Shown: one piece after another, positions 48,507 to 61,163 of the stretch | How the letters are laid out: each line of letters begins with the position of its first letter | Position numbering within the stretch: position 1 is the first letter of the stretch | Origin: Squalus acanthias | Taxonomy: Eukaryota | DNA length: 64,000 nt | Assembly: GCA_030390025.1 (NCBI GenBank) | Contig: CM059431.1 | Location: 105,216,001-105,280,000, forward strand | Direction of reading: 5' to 3' | Notes under the pieces: generated by a model | The model's input: only the letters and a program-made list of their open reading frames with translations | Told to the model about the DNA's origin: nothing | Database searches by the model: none | Translations under genes and position numbers: made by a program

Positions 48507-51443
48507 TCAGTACCCCATTCCTGCTTTCTCGCCATACCCCTTGATCCCCCTAGTTGTGAGTGTTATATCTAACTCCCTTTTGAATATATTTAGCGAACTG
48601 GCCTCAACAACCTTCTGTGGAAGAGAATTCCATAGATTCACCACTCTCTGGGTGAAGAAGTTCCTCCTCAGCTCAGTCTTAAATGGCTTCCCCTTAATCC
48701 TTAGACTGTGACCCCTGGTTCTAGTTTTCCCTAACATTGGGAACATTCTGCCCGCATCTAATTTGTCTAAACCAGCCAGGATTTTAAATGTTTGTATAAG
48801 ATCCCCCCTCATTCATCTGAACTCCAGAGGATACAAGTTCAGTTGACCCAATCTTTCTTGATATGCCAGTCCGGCCATCCCAGGAATCAATCTAGTGAAC
48901 CTTCGCTGCACTCCCTCAATAGCAAGAATGTCCTTCCTTAAGTTAGGAGACCAAAACTGCGCACAATACTCCAGGTGTGGCCTCACCAAGGCCCTGTACA
49001 ACTGCAGCATCACCTCCCTACTCCTGTACTCAAATCCCCTTACTATGAAGGCCATCATTCCGTTTGCTTTCTTGACTGCCTGCTGCACTTGCATTCCCAC
49101 CTTCAGTGATTGATGTACCATGACGCCCAGGTCTCGTTGCACCTCCCCTTTCCCTAATCTGCCACCATTCAGGTAATAGTCCGCCTCTCTATTTTTACCA
49201 CCAAAGTGGATAACCTCACATTTATCCACATTGTACTTCATCTGCCATACATTTGCCCATTTACCCAACCTGTACAAGTCACTCTGTAGCCTCCTAGCAT
49301 CCTCCTCATTGTTCACACTGCCTCCCAATTTAGTGTCATCCGCAAATTTGGAGATATTACATTTAAATCCTTCGTCCAAATCATTAATATATAATGTAAA
49401 CAGCTTGTGTTCCAGCACCGAACCCTGCGGTACCCCGCTGGTCACTGCCTGCCATTCTGAAAAGTACCCATTTACTCCTACTCTTTGTTTCCTGTGTGCC
49501 AACCAGTTCTCAATCCACGTCAACACATTACCCCCAATCCCATGTGCTTTAACTTTGCTCACCAATCTCTTGTGTGGGACCTTGTCGAAGGCCTTCTGAA
49601 AGTCCAAATACACCACATCTACTGGTTCCCCCCTGTCCACCCTATTGGAAACATCCTCAAAAAATTCCAGAAGATTTGTCAAGCATGATTTCCCTTTCAC
49701 AAATCCATGCTGACTTGGACCTATCATGTCGCCACTTTCCAAATGGTCTGTTATGACATCTTTAATAATTGCTTCCATCATTTTACCCACGACCGATGTC
49801 AGGCTGACCGGTCTATAATTCCCTGCTTTCTCCCTCCCTCCTTTTTTAAAAAGAGGGGTTACATTGGCCACCCTCCACTCCATCGGAACTGATCCAGAGT
49901 CTAAGGAATGTTGGAAAATGATCGTCAATGCATCCACTATTTCCAAGGCCACCTCCTTAAGTACTCTGGGATGCAGACCATCAGGCCCCGGGGATTTTTC
50001 AGCCTTCAGTCCCATCAATTTCCCCAATACCTTTTCCCGACTAATAAGGATTTCCCTCAGCTCCTCCCTCTTACCAGATCCTCTGACCCCTTTTATTTCC
50101 GGCAGGTTGTGTGTGTCCTCCACAGTAAACACCGAACCAAAGTACTTGTTCAATTGATCTGCCATTTCCTTGTTCCCCATTACGACTTCCCCTGTTTCCG
50201 ACTGCAGGGGACCTACGTTTGTTTTTACTAACCTCTTTCTTTTTACATATTTATAGAAGCTTTTGCAGTCCATTTTAATGTTCTCTGCAAGCTTCCTTTC
50301 ATATTTTATTTTCCCTGCCCTAATCAAACCCTTCGTCCTCCTCTGCTGAGTTTTGAAGTTCTCCCAGTCCCCGGTTTTGCTGCTACTTCTGGCCAATTTG
50401 TATGCAACTTCCTTGGTTTTAATACTATCCCTGATTTCCCTTGTTAGCCATGGTTGAGCCACCTTCCCTTTTTTATTTTTACGCCAGACTGGGATGTACA
50501 ATTGTTGTAGTTCATCCATGCGATCTCTAAATGTCTGCCATTGCCCTTCCACTGATAGCCCCTTAAATATCGCTTGCCAATTTAACCTCGCCAATTCACG
50601 CCTCATACCCTCAAAGTTGCCCTTATTTAAGTTCTGGACCATGGTCTCTGACTTAACTGTTTCCTTCTCCATCCTAATGTAGAACTCCACCATACTATGG
50701 TCACTCCTCCCCAGGGGGCCTCGTACCACAAGATTGCTGATTAGTCCTTCCTCATTACACAACACCCAGTCCAGGATGGCCTCCCCTCGAGTTGGTTCCT
50801 CAACATATTGGTTTAGGAAACCATCCCTTAAACACTCCAGGAAATCCTCCTCCACCGTATTGCTTCCAGTTTGAGTAGCCCAATCTATATGCATATTAAA
50901 GTCACCCATGATAACTGCCGTGCCTTTTTTGCACGCACCTCTGATTTCCTGTTTCATACCCTCCCCCACCTCACTACTGCTGTTTGGAGGTCTGTACACA
51001 ACTCCCACTAACGTTTTCTGCCCTTTGGTGTTCTGCAGCTCAACCCATATTGATTCCACATCCTCCAAGCTGATGTCCTTCCTAGCTATTGCATTAATCT
51101 CCTCTTTAACCAGCAATGCTACCCCACCCCCTTTTCCTTTTATTCTATCCTTTCTGAATGTTGAATACCCCTGGATGTTCAGTTCCCAGCCTTGATTGTT
51201 CTGGAGCCACGTCTCTGTAATCCCAATCACATCGTATCCGTTAACATCTATTTTCACAGTCAATTCATCCACCTTATTACGGATACTCCTTGCATTAAGA
51301 CACAGAGCCTTTAGGCTTGTTTTATTAACATCCTTTGTCCTTTTAGACTTATGATTTAGTATGGCCCTTTGTGTTTCTTGCCTTTGTTTACTCGGCCTTC
51401 CCCTATTGTTTCTCACCCTTCTAACATTTGTTTCTGACTGCAT
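48507..51443 (-). pseudogene. CR1 ORF2p (EN+RT) with one in-frame stop
   Basis: 876-aa ORF then an in-frame 101-aa ORF, separated by a single TGA at 48813-48815 (FR*MRGDL). Confidence 0.93.
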
Positions 51444-51490
51444 ATTACTTCCCCCTGTTTCGCTACATAGGTTCCCATTCCCCTGCCATA

Positions 51491-52435
51491 TTAGTTTAAA
51501 TCCTCCCGAACTGCTTTAGCAAATATTACCCCGAGGACATCGGTTCCAGTCCTGCCCAAGTGCAGACCGTCCCTTTTGTACAGGTCCCACTTCCCCCAGA
51601 ACTGGTTCCAATGCCTCAGGAATTTGAATCCCTCCCTCCTGCACCACTGCTCAAGCCACGTATTCAATCTCACTATCCTGTTCTCTCTATTCTGATTAGC
51701 ACGTGGCCCTGGTAGTAATCCAGAGATTACTACCTTAGAGGTCCTACTTTTTAATTTAGCTCCTAGCTCCCTAAATTCTGCTTGTAGGACCTCTTCCCGC
51801 TTTTTACCTATATCGTTGGTACCTACATGCACCACGACAGCTGGCTGTTCACCCTCCCTCTTCAGAATGTTCTGCAGCCGCTCCGAGACATCCTTGACCC
51901 TTGCACCAGGGAGGCAACATACCATCCTGGAATCTCGGTTGCGGCCACAGAAACTCCTGTCTATTCCCCTTACAATTGAATCCCCTATCACTATAGCCCT
52001 ACCACTCTTTTTCCCGCCCTGCTGTGCAGCAGAGCCAGCCATGGTGCCATGAACCTGGCTGCTGGTGCCTTCCCCTGGTAGGCCATCTCCCCCAACAGTA
52101 TCCAAAGCGGCATACCTGTTTTGGAGGGAGATGACCACAGGGGACTCCTGCACTACCTTCCTGATATTGCCCTGCTTCTTGGTCACCCATTCACTGTCTG
52201 TCCTAGCCTTTACCTGCAGTGTGGACAACTCACTAAATGAGCGATTCACCGAGTTCTCGGCATCGTGCATGCTCCAGAGTGAGTCCACCCGCAGCTCCAG
52301 CACCGCCATGCGGGCTGTCAGGAGCTGCAGCTGGACACACTTCCCGCACACGTAGTTGTCAGGGACACTGGAAGTGTCCCTGGTTTCCCACATGGCACAG
52401 GAGGAGCATGAAATGGGTCCGAGACTTCCTGTCAT
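51491..52435 (-). CDS. CR1 ORF1p: zinc finger/leucine zipper plus SGNH esterase domain
   Basis: CSSC..CGKC, heptad leucines, GDS, HVGTND and DGLH motifs; intact 314 aa. Confidence 0.93.
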   Translation of the reverse strand: MTGSLGPISCSSCAMWETRDTSSVPDNYVCGKCVQLQLLTARMAVLELRVDSLWSMHDAENSVNRSFSELSTLQVKARTDSEWVTKKQGNIRKVVQESPVVISLQNRYAALDTVGGDGLPGEGTSSQVHGTMAGSAAQQGGKKSGRAIVIGDSIVRGIDRSFCGRNRDSRMVCCLPGARVKDVSERLQNILKREGEQPAVVVHVGTNDIGKKREEVLQAEFRELGAKLKSRTSKVVISGLLPGPRANQNRENRIVRLNTWLEQWCRREGFKFLRHWNQFWGKWDLYKRDGLHLGRTGTDVLGVIFAKAVREDLN

Positions 52436-53864
52436 GACTTAACCCTTATGTTACTTTATTACTAAAATTTAAACTTATTTATCTTAGGTCCAGGAGTTAA
52501 GTCCCTGAAAACAAAATATAAAATCGAACCTACCTTTTAAATTCCCTCTACCCCTAAAGGTTAGAGGAGGTGGGAGGGTGGGAGTCACTACTAGTGTAGT
52601 GTCTCGGGTTTAGCAACCGCTCCACCTATATACGGGTACCAATGAATTGGCCCCGCCCCCTGCCTTTGAAAAAGCCCGCGAAGCTCTTTCCCCGCTGGGG
52701 AAAAAGGCCACGTAGGTGAGTTTAATGACTCACCTCAGGCCTCCGCCGCTCCAACCAGGTACTGAGCTTCACCATCATTGAGGATGGGGATATTTTTGGA
52801 GCCTCCTCCTCCCGTTAGTTTTTTAATGGTCCACCACCATTCACGACTGGATGTGGCAGGACTGCAGAGCTTTGATCTGATCCATTGATTGTGGGATTGC
52901 TTAGCCCTGTCTATAGCATGCTGCTTCTGCTTTTTAGCATGTATGTAGTCCTGTGTTGCAGCTTCCCCAGGTTGGCACCTCATTTTTAGGTACGCCTGGT
53001 GCTGCTCCTGGCATGCTCTTCTACACTCATTGTTGATCCAGGGTTGGTCCCCTGGCTTGGTGGTAATGGTAGAGTGAGGGATATGCCGGGCCATGAGGTT
53101 ACAGATTATGGTGGAATACAATTCTGCTGCTGCTGATGGCCCACAGTGCCTCAAAGATGCCCAGTTTTGAGCTGCTAGATCTGTTCTGGATGGGGCAATG
53201 GTCCTTTTCTTATTAGGGTTCAGGTTTTGACTCCAGTCTAGAATAATGGGATCTCCCTTTGCTGCTGCAAGGGTCCCCCTGTGGGAATGTTGCCATTTGC
53301 AACCGAATTCCTGCTGGAAATGAGTCCATAACACAAACTACCCATAATGTAGCTCCAGCCTTTAAAAGACTGCATCGCGTTAACGCTCACTTTGTAAAGT
53401 GGATTTCTCAGCCCATTGGGACAATTTTGCCCTTTTGTACTCATTTCTCTCCGTCCCACTTTTGCAAAATCAGCATATTCATTGTATATTTAAAAAGGGA
53501 TTACAATCTGCCCCATAAATATTTATTAGCAAATCTTCCACTTTTATATTAGGCTACACTCATATACGCACACAGACATAAGGAAGAATGCTGATTTACA
53601 GCACACCAGTAACATCCTATATGAGCACAGTGCCTTTAGGAGAAAGCACACATTTCATTTGTGTAACTCTTTTCTAGGAGGTATGTAAATGAGATCAACA
53701 TGAACATGTTGGGAAGTGAAGCGAGCAGTGCTCGGCAAAGGTTTGCCACAGACAACGATGCTTTGGATCCAGTTGTCACTCATTGCTCGGCGCTGAGAGC
53801 AAGAGGTTTGATTTAGTAGGGAAGAGGCTCCGTTAGCCACCGGAGCTAACGGAGCCTCTTCGGT

Positions 53865-54303
53865 GGGCAACACGGTGGCATAGTGGTTAGCACTGGTGCC
53901 TCACAGCGCCAGAGACCCGGGTTCGAATCTGACCTCGGGTGACTGTCTGTGTGGAGTTTGCACATTCTCCCCGTGTCTGCGTGGGTTTCCTCCGGGTGCT
54001 CCGGTTTCCTCCCACAGTCCAAAAATGTGTGGGTTAGGTTGATTTGGCTATGATAAATTGACCCTTAGTGTTAGGGGGGATTAAATATGTGGGGTTATGG
54101 GGATAGGATGGGATATGTTAGGGGGAATTAAATACGTGGGGTTACGGGGGTAGGGTGGGATATGTGTACTGTGGGGATTAAAGCAGGGACAGGGTACTGG
54201 ATTTGGATGATCAGCCATGATCGTATTGAATGGTGGAGCAGGCTCGACGGGCCAAATGGCCTACTCCTGCTCCAAGATTCTATGTTTCTATGTTTCTATG
54301 TTT
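53865..54303 (+). mobile_element. V-SINE (HE1-like) with CR1-derived tail
   Basis: tRNA head with A/B boxes, V-domain tgtgtggagtttgcacattctccccgtgtctgcgtgggtttcctccggg, CR1 3' hairpin and (tctatgtt)n. Confidence 0.92.
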
Positions 54304-54444
54304 AATCTGTAGTAAACTCCAGATTAGTAATGAGTTTGAGATTAGCACTATTTTGCTTTTTAACCACTCTGATTGTGGTGAGCAAATCAGAGACTTACCA
54401 AAATGAAACTACTTTATGTAAGCATAAGCCAGATCTTAATTTAA

Positions 54445-55885
54445 CTCCTTCCAGGTGAAACAGCGATTTATTTCTATTTCTAACAATTTAGTATACTGTA
54501 TTCGCTGCTCACGATGTGGTCTCCTCTACACTGGGGAGACCAAACGCAGATTGGGTGACCGCTTTGCGGAACACTTCCGTTCAGTCCGCAAGCGTGACCC
54601 CGAGCTTCCGGTCGCCTGTCACTTTAATTCTCCGCTCCACTCCCACTCTGATTTGTCCATCCTCGGCCTCTTACATTGTTCCAATGAAGCTCAACGTAAG
54701 CTCGAGGAACAGCACCTCATCTTTCTATTAGGCCCTTTACAGCCTTCTGGACTTAACATCGAGTTCAACAATTTCAGGCTGTAAATTGGCCCCTGTATTT
54801 CTTTATGTTTTTTTTCTCTTGTTTCCTCACATGGTAGCTGTTAATGTTGCTGCCATCATCATCCACACATTGGGCTGGATTTTCATAGACCCGTGGAGGT
54901 GGGTTTGGAGGCGTGTGGGGGGTTAAAATTGTGAAAAGTGGCGGGCGGACCCGATCCCGCCTCCATTACGCCTCCACGCAATTTTGATGAAATTGTGTGT
55001 GGTGGTCCCGTCTCCGTCCCACCTCCAAGAGGCGGGAGAGGCCATTAAAGCCCTTAACAAGCCCTAAATTGGCTCTGTAATGCCATTTTGAAATGTTTTA
55101 GCTAGTTTAACCCTTTTCCCACGTGAAGCACGCCTGATCTGAAACACCCCAGTGAAACCTGGCGGGAGCACAAGTGGATAGCTGACTATCAGCTGCAGGT
55201 CCACTATTACAACGGAGATGTGATGAAGGTAGTAGTAGTATTAGGTCTGAAAGTTGCCTCTGATGCTGCTGCATTGAATGTCTTCAGAGACTGCCTGGCC
55301 TTTGCTGTGAGAGGACCTGGATGCAAAAAAATTCTCTCTCTCTGAGATGCTGCTCATTTTGCATCCAGGTCCTCTCACAGCAAAGGCCAGGCAGTCTCAG
55401 ACCTGCAATGCAGCAACAATGATGACATCAGCAGAGGCGACTTTCAGACTGAAACCACTAATTGGTTCATGGGTTCCCACATGCTGGAACTCAATTGCCC
55501 AATTAAGTGAAAATTGCATCAATCTCCCACATCCAATTGCAGTCGGGTGGATAACACGAAATGCGGATGAGATGACCCCAGCCCGCCCCAGTATCAAAAT
55601 CCAGCCCTATATCTAGAGCCATCTTTTGTTTCTTAACTTGTCCCATTACCTTTTGCCTTGCACTATCATCCCTTTTGTCAGTCAATCTCTCCTGCCTTCC
55701 ATCCTATCATAGACCTTCCCTTTGTTCTTTCCTCCCCTCCTCCCTGCCCCTGCTTAAAAATCTCTCCTCCCTAACCTTTTCCAGTTCTGACGAAGGGTTT
55801 GACCCAAAACGTTGACTCTGTTTCTCCTCTCTTCTAGGCTGCCTGGCCTGCTGAGTGTTTCCAGCACTTTCTGTTGTTATTTCTT
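54445..55885 (+). mobile_element. Second Penelope-like family: GIY-YIG fragment plus terminus, interrupted by a MITE
   Basis: ORF 54455..54784 NLVYCIRCSRCGLLYTGETKR..EH..EQHLI..GLN; degenerate hammerhead at 55783-55817. Confidence 0.88.
54872..55607. mobile_element. Harbinger MITE family C with an internal inverted duplication
   Basis: Perfect 12-bp TIR gggctggatttt/aaaatccagccc; reverse of 43101-43736. Confidence 0.9.
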
Positions 55886-56247
55886 AATTTATGGGGTCTG
55901 GAATGTGCTTAATTTGTTTTCTCCATAATTCTCAATCAGACAAATTACCATTTTGGTGTCACTTTATTTAGGTTTTAAACTATGCTCCATTGAAATACAA
56001 AAGGGTGTTTATCCGTCTGATTGAGAAGTGTGAAAGAAAATAAATTAAACACATTACAGATTTGCTTTATCCCCCTGATTCCTGCAACTTCAGAAAGGGT
56101 TAAGACCAAAAAGGCAAAATAAAAATTTGTTGTCTTTCAATTAGCTGTAAGATCATGTTGGTGATCAGGAGGCAGGAGACCCAAATTAAATTGTGAGAAC
56201 CTCCCAGATACTTCAGGAGCTTCAGAGGCCTTAGCAAATCCAGACAG

Positions 56248-57270
56248 TCACTCCGGTGCAGTGCTGAGGGAGTGCTGCACTGTCGGAGGTGCCGTCTTTG
56301 GGATGAGACGTTAAACCGAGGAACCGTCTGCCCTCTCAGGTGGACGTGAAAGATCCCATGGCACTATTTCGAAGGAGAGTGGAGGATTTCTCCCCTTGTT
56401 AGGAAATGGTTAAAATCTTGATATTAAGTGAGTTTCTGTTAGAAAGGCTGGAAATATCAATTTAGTTCCCCGTGAAATGTTCAGTGAAATTTAAAGTTAC
56501 CAGACCGAGACTTTAGCTGATAAGTGTTCAGCTACAAGCTTTCTTAGTCCGAGCATCTGTCCTCCTAGGGATTAACTCCTCCAAGGACACATCTGAACAA
56601 GGCAGGTGATAACTCATCCAGTTGAATGATATAATTGACAACTCAATCACGATAAAGCCTTGATAAGGTGCATGGGAGGCCTTCTTGTTAAAACTTAAAT
56701 TCATTAAGTGAGTAATAGGGTGAGGTAATACTTTGAAACATGCAGATTCTCACGGAGCCTGAGTGAAAGAACTGTATAAAAGGAGGGATGTTAGAATAGA
56801 AGTCGACAAGGCCTAGCCAGCTGAACCCCTCGAGCTCGATACCTGTGTCTCGTAATTCCCCGGTACATAGTACCGTAAGTTTGTCAAGTGAATGCGTAAT
56901 TATTATTTGTAATAGTTATCATTGTGTATGTGTGGTTGTTGGTAATAATGGTTATTTTTGTATGTTTAATCCTATGAAAGCCAATAAATGCCTTTGAACC
57001 CTATTATCTTGTAAATAACTTACAAATTTATAAGTAAGAACATCCATTACCTAATGGTCCTGGCCAATATTTAGCCCTCAAACAATATCACAAAATCAAA
57101 CAGATGATCTGGTCATTATCACCTTGTGGGAGCTTGCTGTGCGCAAATTGGCGGCTGCGTTTCCCACATTACAACCGTGACTACACTTCAAAAGTACTTC
57201 ATTGGCTGTAAAGTGCTTTGGGACATCCTGAGGTCGTGCAAGGTGCTGTAGAAATGCAAGTCTTTCTTTT
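56248..57270 (+). mobile_element. Deu-domain SINE interrupted by a solo LTR
   Basis: SINE core 56255-56395 resumes at 57057 (gtcctggccaatattt). Confidence 0.88.
56397..57056 (+). mobile_element. Solo LTR, about 660 bp, right end eroded
   Basis: tgttaggaaatgg/ccattacctaa inverted ends, tataaaa near 56775, aataaa near 56983; no clean TSD. Confidence 0.7.
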
Positions 57271-57589
57271 AGAATTTGGCACGAATTGGCACAAAACTGG
57301 ACGTCCCTTGAAGTCTCCGGGGATATTCATGCACCCACGAGCCCCACAAAAATCTTGAGGGAAAAAAATGTGGCTTACCTATTTTTGAGTGGCCGCTGCG
57401 GTCCCTTTAAGAATTTTTAGTTAGGCCGTTGAGCACCTGGTACCACTGGGCAGAGCATTGAAAATGAATGGAAATGGAAATCAGGCAGGCGATTTACCAG
57501 TTTACTGCCCAAGGCCATGAACTCTTGTATATTTCCCTAAAATGTGCATCCAAACAGGCACAGCTTCATTATTTGAAAGACAAGAGGGG

Positions 57590-58425
57590 GAAGATGCAGT
57601 ATAACGTGGATAAATGTGAAGTTATCCACTTCAGTAGGAAAACCAGAAAGGCAGAGTATTATTTAAATGGTGATAGATTGGGAAATGTTGATGTACAAAG
57701 GGACCTGGGTGTCCTTGTACACCAGTCACTGAAAGCAAGCATGCAGGTGCAGCAAGCAGTTAGGAAGGCAAATGGTATGTTGGCCTTCATTGCAAGAGGA
57801 TTTGAGTACAGGAGCAAGGATGTCTTACTACAGGGCCTTGGTGAGACCACACCTGGAGTACTGTGTGCAGTTTTGGTCTCCTTACCTAAGAAAGGATATA
57901 CTTCCCATAGAGGGAGTGCAGTGAAGGTTCACCAGACTGATTCCTGGGATGGCAGGACTGTCGTATGAGGAGAGATTGGGTCGACTAGACCTGTATTCAC
58001 TAGAGTTTAAAAGAATGAGAGGGGATCTCATTGAAAGGTATTAAATTCTGGCAGGGCTAGACAGACTGGATGCAGGGAGGATGTTTCCCCTGGCTGGGGG
58101 GGTCTAGAACGAGGGGTCACAGTCTCAGGATACGGGGTAGGACATTTAGGACTGAGATGAGGAGAAATGTCTTCACTCAGAGGGTCTGAACCTGTGGAAT
58201 TCTCTACCACAGAAGGCTGTGGAGACCAAGTCACTGAATATATTTAAGAAGGAGATAGATAGATTTCTAGACACAAAAGGCATCATGGGGAATGAGGAGA
58301 GAGCGGGAATATGGTATTGAGATAGAGGATCAGCCATGATCGTGTTGAATGGCGGTGCAGGCTCGAAGGGCCGAATGGCCTACTCCTGCTCCTATTTTTC
58401 TATGTTTCTATGTCTTTGTTTCTAT
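57590..58425 (+). mobile_element. CR1 3' fragment
   Basis: MQYNVDKCEVIHF..QRDLGV; 3' hairpin and tail. Confidence 0.93.
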
Positions 58426-59043
58426 GAGTCATCTTCCCAGAAAAGTTCAGGCAGGGTAAGTGGTCAATCCTTGTGGTCGGCAGACAGCCTGCTCCGTGGA
58501 TGCACCAGCCTGCTGCTTAACTGAATTCAAAGTGACTCGGTACAATTAAATCGGAAATGTCATCGTAGGGTGACAACAATTGTGAAAGCCTTTGGGGATG
58601 CCTAAAAAAAGGGCATCTCACCCCAGTGGCAGCCTTTCCCAAGATTAAAAGGGGCAAGGAACTGAGACGTGACAGACAGGCAAAAACGATTGAGAAGCAA
58701 ACCCAAGACGCAAACGCAAATCTGTAAATAAGTGACAGAACAACCTCTTGTTTGATGGCTGCTGATGATAATAAAAATAGCCCTGAATCATTTGGCTGAG
58801 AGGACAGTGGTCTTTTGTGCCACTCCATGGCACCATGCTCCATGCCATACCTGCAGGGAGGCAACCAAGTTTCAGGCCACAGCTGACTGTTGCTGTCACT
58901 TGATGTGCCAGCCCGATGTGTGCATGGCAGCTTCAGGTGTCCTTGCAGCAGTTGCACATCCCTGCATCTGCTTCTCTACCTAGATCCTGAGAGGAAATCT
59001 CTGCATAGTCAATGTCAGGTAGGCGCATCAAGGCCTGTATAAT

Positions 59044-59180
59044 GGTTCTGATGAAAGGTCATCGAAATGGAACTTTAGCTGTTTTTATCTCTCCGCAGAT
59101 GCTACCTGACTTGCAGAGGGTTTGCCAGCATTTTCTGTGTTTACTTCCAATTTCCAGCATCCGCAGTATGTTGGTTTTGT
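59044..59180 (+). mobile_element. Penelope terminus fragment
   Basis: ggttctgatgaaaggtcatcg..cagatgctacctgac..ccagcatccgcagta. Confidence 0.75.
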
Positions 59181-59214
59181 TCCTGTAGTAATTGGTGTTT
59201 GTATCTTGATGGGT

Positions 59215-59840
59215 AAGAACATAAGAAATAGGAGCAGGAGTCGGCCATATGGCCCATCGAACCTGCTCCGCCATTCAATAAGATCATGGCTGAACTTCTA
59301 CATCAACTCCATTTTCCCACCCCATCCCCATATCCCTTGATTCCCTTAATGTCCAAAAATCTATCAATATCAGTCCTGAATATACTCGACCACTGAGCAT
59401 CCACATCCCTCTGGGGTAGAGAATTCCAAAGATTCACAACCCTCTGAGTTAAGAAATGTCTTATCTTAGTCCTAAATGGCCGACCCCTTATCCTGAGACT
59501 ATGACCCTTAGTTCTAGACTCTCCAGGGGATACATCCTCTCAGCATCTACACTGTCAAGGAAACCCAAGATGCATTTAAGGGGGAACTAGATAAGCACAT
59601 GAGGGAGAAAGGAATAGAAGGTTATGCTGATAGGGTGAGATGAAGTAGGGTGGGAGGAGGCTCGTGTGGAGCATAAACACTGGCATAGACCAGGTGGGCC
59701 GAATGTCCTCATAATTTAATCCTTTTAGCTCTGGTTTAATTCTTGTGTATCTATACTGCACCCCTTCCAAGGGCAATAAATCCTTCCTGTGGTGCGGTGC
59801 CCAGAACTGAACACATACTCCAACAGGGGTCTGACCAAGT
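59215..59840. mobile_element. Cluster of CR1 3' fragments (-, +, -)
   Basis: aagaacataagaaataggagcagg tail; 59570-59703 matches about 21668-21800. Confidence 0.8.
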
Positions 59841-59973
59841 GGTGCTGGTAATGATTCTATTTACAGCTCCTCTAGACCCATCTTTTGAGTGGCTAATCAT
59901 GCTACACTGGCCCTTCATCACCCTGACATACCTTCTTTTGTGCCACCCCAGAATCAAGTGGAAGATCCAGACT

Positions 59974-60383
59974 ACAAAAGCAAAGTACTGCGGATGCTGG
60001 AAATCTGAAATAAAAACTGAAAATGCTGGAAGTACTCAGCAGGTCAGGAAGCATCTCTGGAGAGAGAAACAGAGTTAACGCTGGCCCTGATTTTAACTCC
60101 CGGTGGATTCCCCACTCAGGCCTGAGTTAAAATTACAGTTGGGTCTCAATGATGTCATCGGGCCGCAACATGCCTATGTAAAGAAGGACCCTGTCGGCTC
60201 CGGGCGTGTGTCCTTGCCGCCCGCTCAGGAGAGCAGGTTAAAATTGCAGATGTCGCGATCATGGCGGCTTTCCGACAGGGGAGAGCCAGGGGCGATTTTA
60301 ACTGCCCACCCGCCAGGTTGCTGCTGAGCGAGTAGGGTTAAAACCGCACCCAAAGTTTCTGGTTGATGACCTGTCATCAGAAC
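59974..60383 (-). mobile_element. Penelope terminus fragment split by MITE 60083-60351
   Basis: Reverse-complementary to 59044-59180; MITE ends gattttaac/gttaaaacc. Confidence 0.75.
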
Positions 60384-61163
60384 CAGACTGTTGCTTTTAG
60401 AGATACTCATGAAATGGTCTTTGAATTCCTTGTGTGGTTGGCTCGTGCACGTCAGAAAATGCACGGGAGAAAATTAACATTCAAAAAAAGTTAAAAGTTA
60501 CTTATATTTTTGTTTTACACACAACAGATGATGTTTAGAGTATACTGGATGGTTTCCAATTCAGTAATTCAATAATTCAGATAATACCGCAAACTGCAAG
60601 GGTGAAGATCAAGTGGTTTATTCCTGAGCTGAACCCCCCACAATTGGACTAATGCCAGTGATTCCTTGACAGCTGTTCGGAATGATTTATATTTTTATAG
60701 AGATTAGTATTTTTATAACTGAAAAACACAGTATTTTAGCCGCAACAGCTTAATATTGTGCTGACAGCATTTGGCTGGCTTCCTATAGTGCAGTGCGGCA
60801 CTGGGACCTCATAGGATATTGCTATGTAAATGCACATGAATTACACCAAATGTCACTATTATCTCTTTATATATATATATATATATAAAAGCATATTATG
60901 TATCTGCATATATAATACACAGCAAATAAAGTAACTCATTTATTCTGCACACCAGTCAGATTTTTGTCACTGGTGAGCTAGCAAGACTTCCTTGCGCAAG
61001 GACGCTATCATTTATGCTACAATAACCACTGAATTTTCTGCATGTGCAACACTTATTTAATGCAATAAAATATGGAACAGTAAAATACATTTTAAATGAT
61101 GTAGAAAGTACAAAATGCGATTCACTTTTATTATCAGACACATTTTTGGCGTCAAAAATGTAT

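Larger units (their letters stand above)
48407..52755 (-). mobile_element. Full-length CR1 LINE (5' UTR, ORF1, ORF2, 3' tail)
   Basis: Two-ORF layout, (acatagaa)n tail, host LINE sequence on both sides. Confidence 0.96.
46695..53187 (-). mobile_element. Zenon/Crack-like LINE (same family as 4886-9445), 5'-truncated, hosting a full-length CR1
   Basis: ORFs 46824..47516, 47523..48227 (LDIKAAFDRVWH, GVPQGSVLGP, FADD) and part of 52735..53334; rejoins across 48406/52756. Confidence 0.93.

Noticed and set aside
53865..53940. tRNA gene
   Set aside because: It is a SINE head continuing into the V-domain; the same applies to the heads at 4886 and 37141.
58520..58730. Exon-like segment with splice-like motifs on both strands
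   Set aside because: Strand and frame are ambiguous and there is no recognisable protein.
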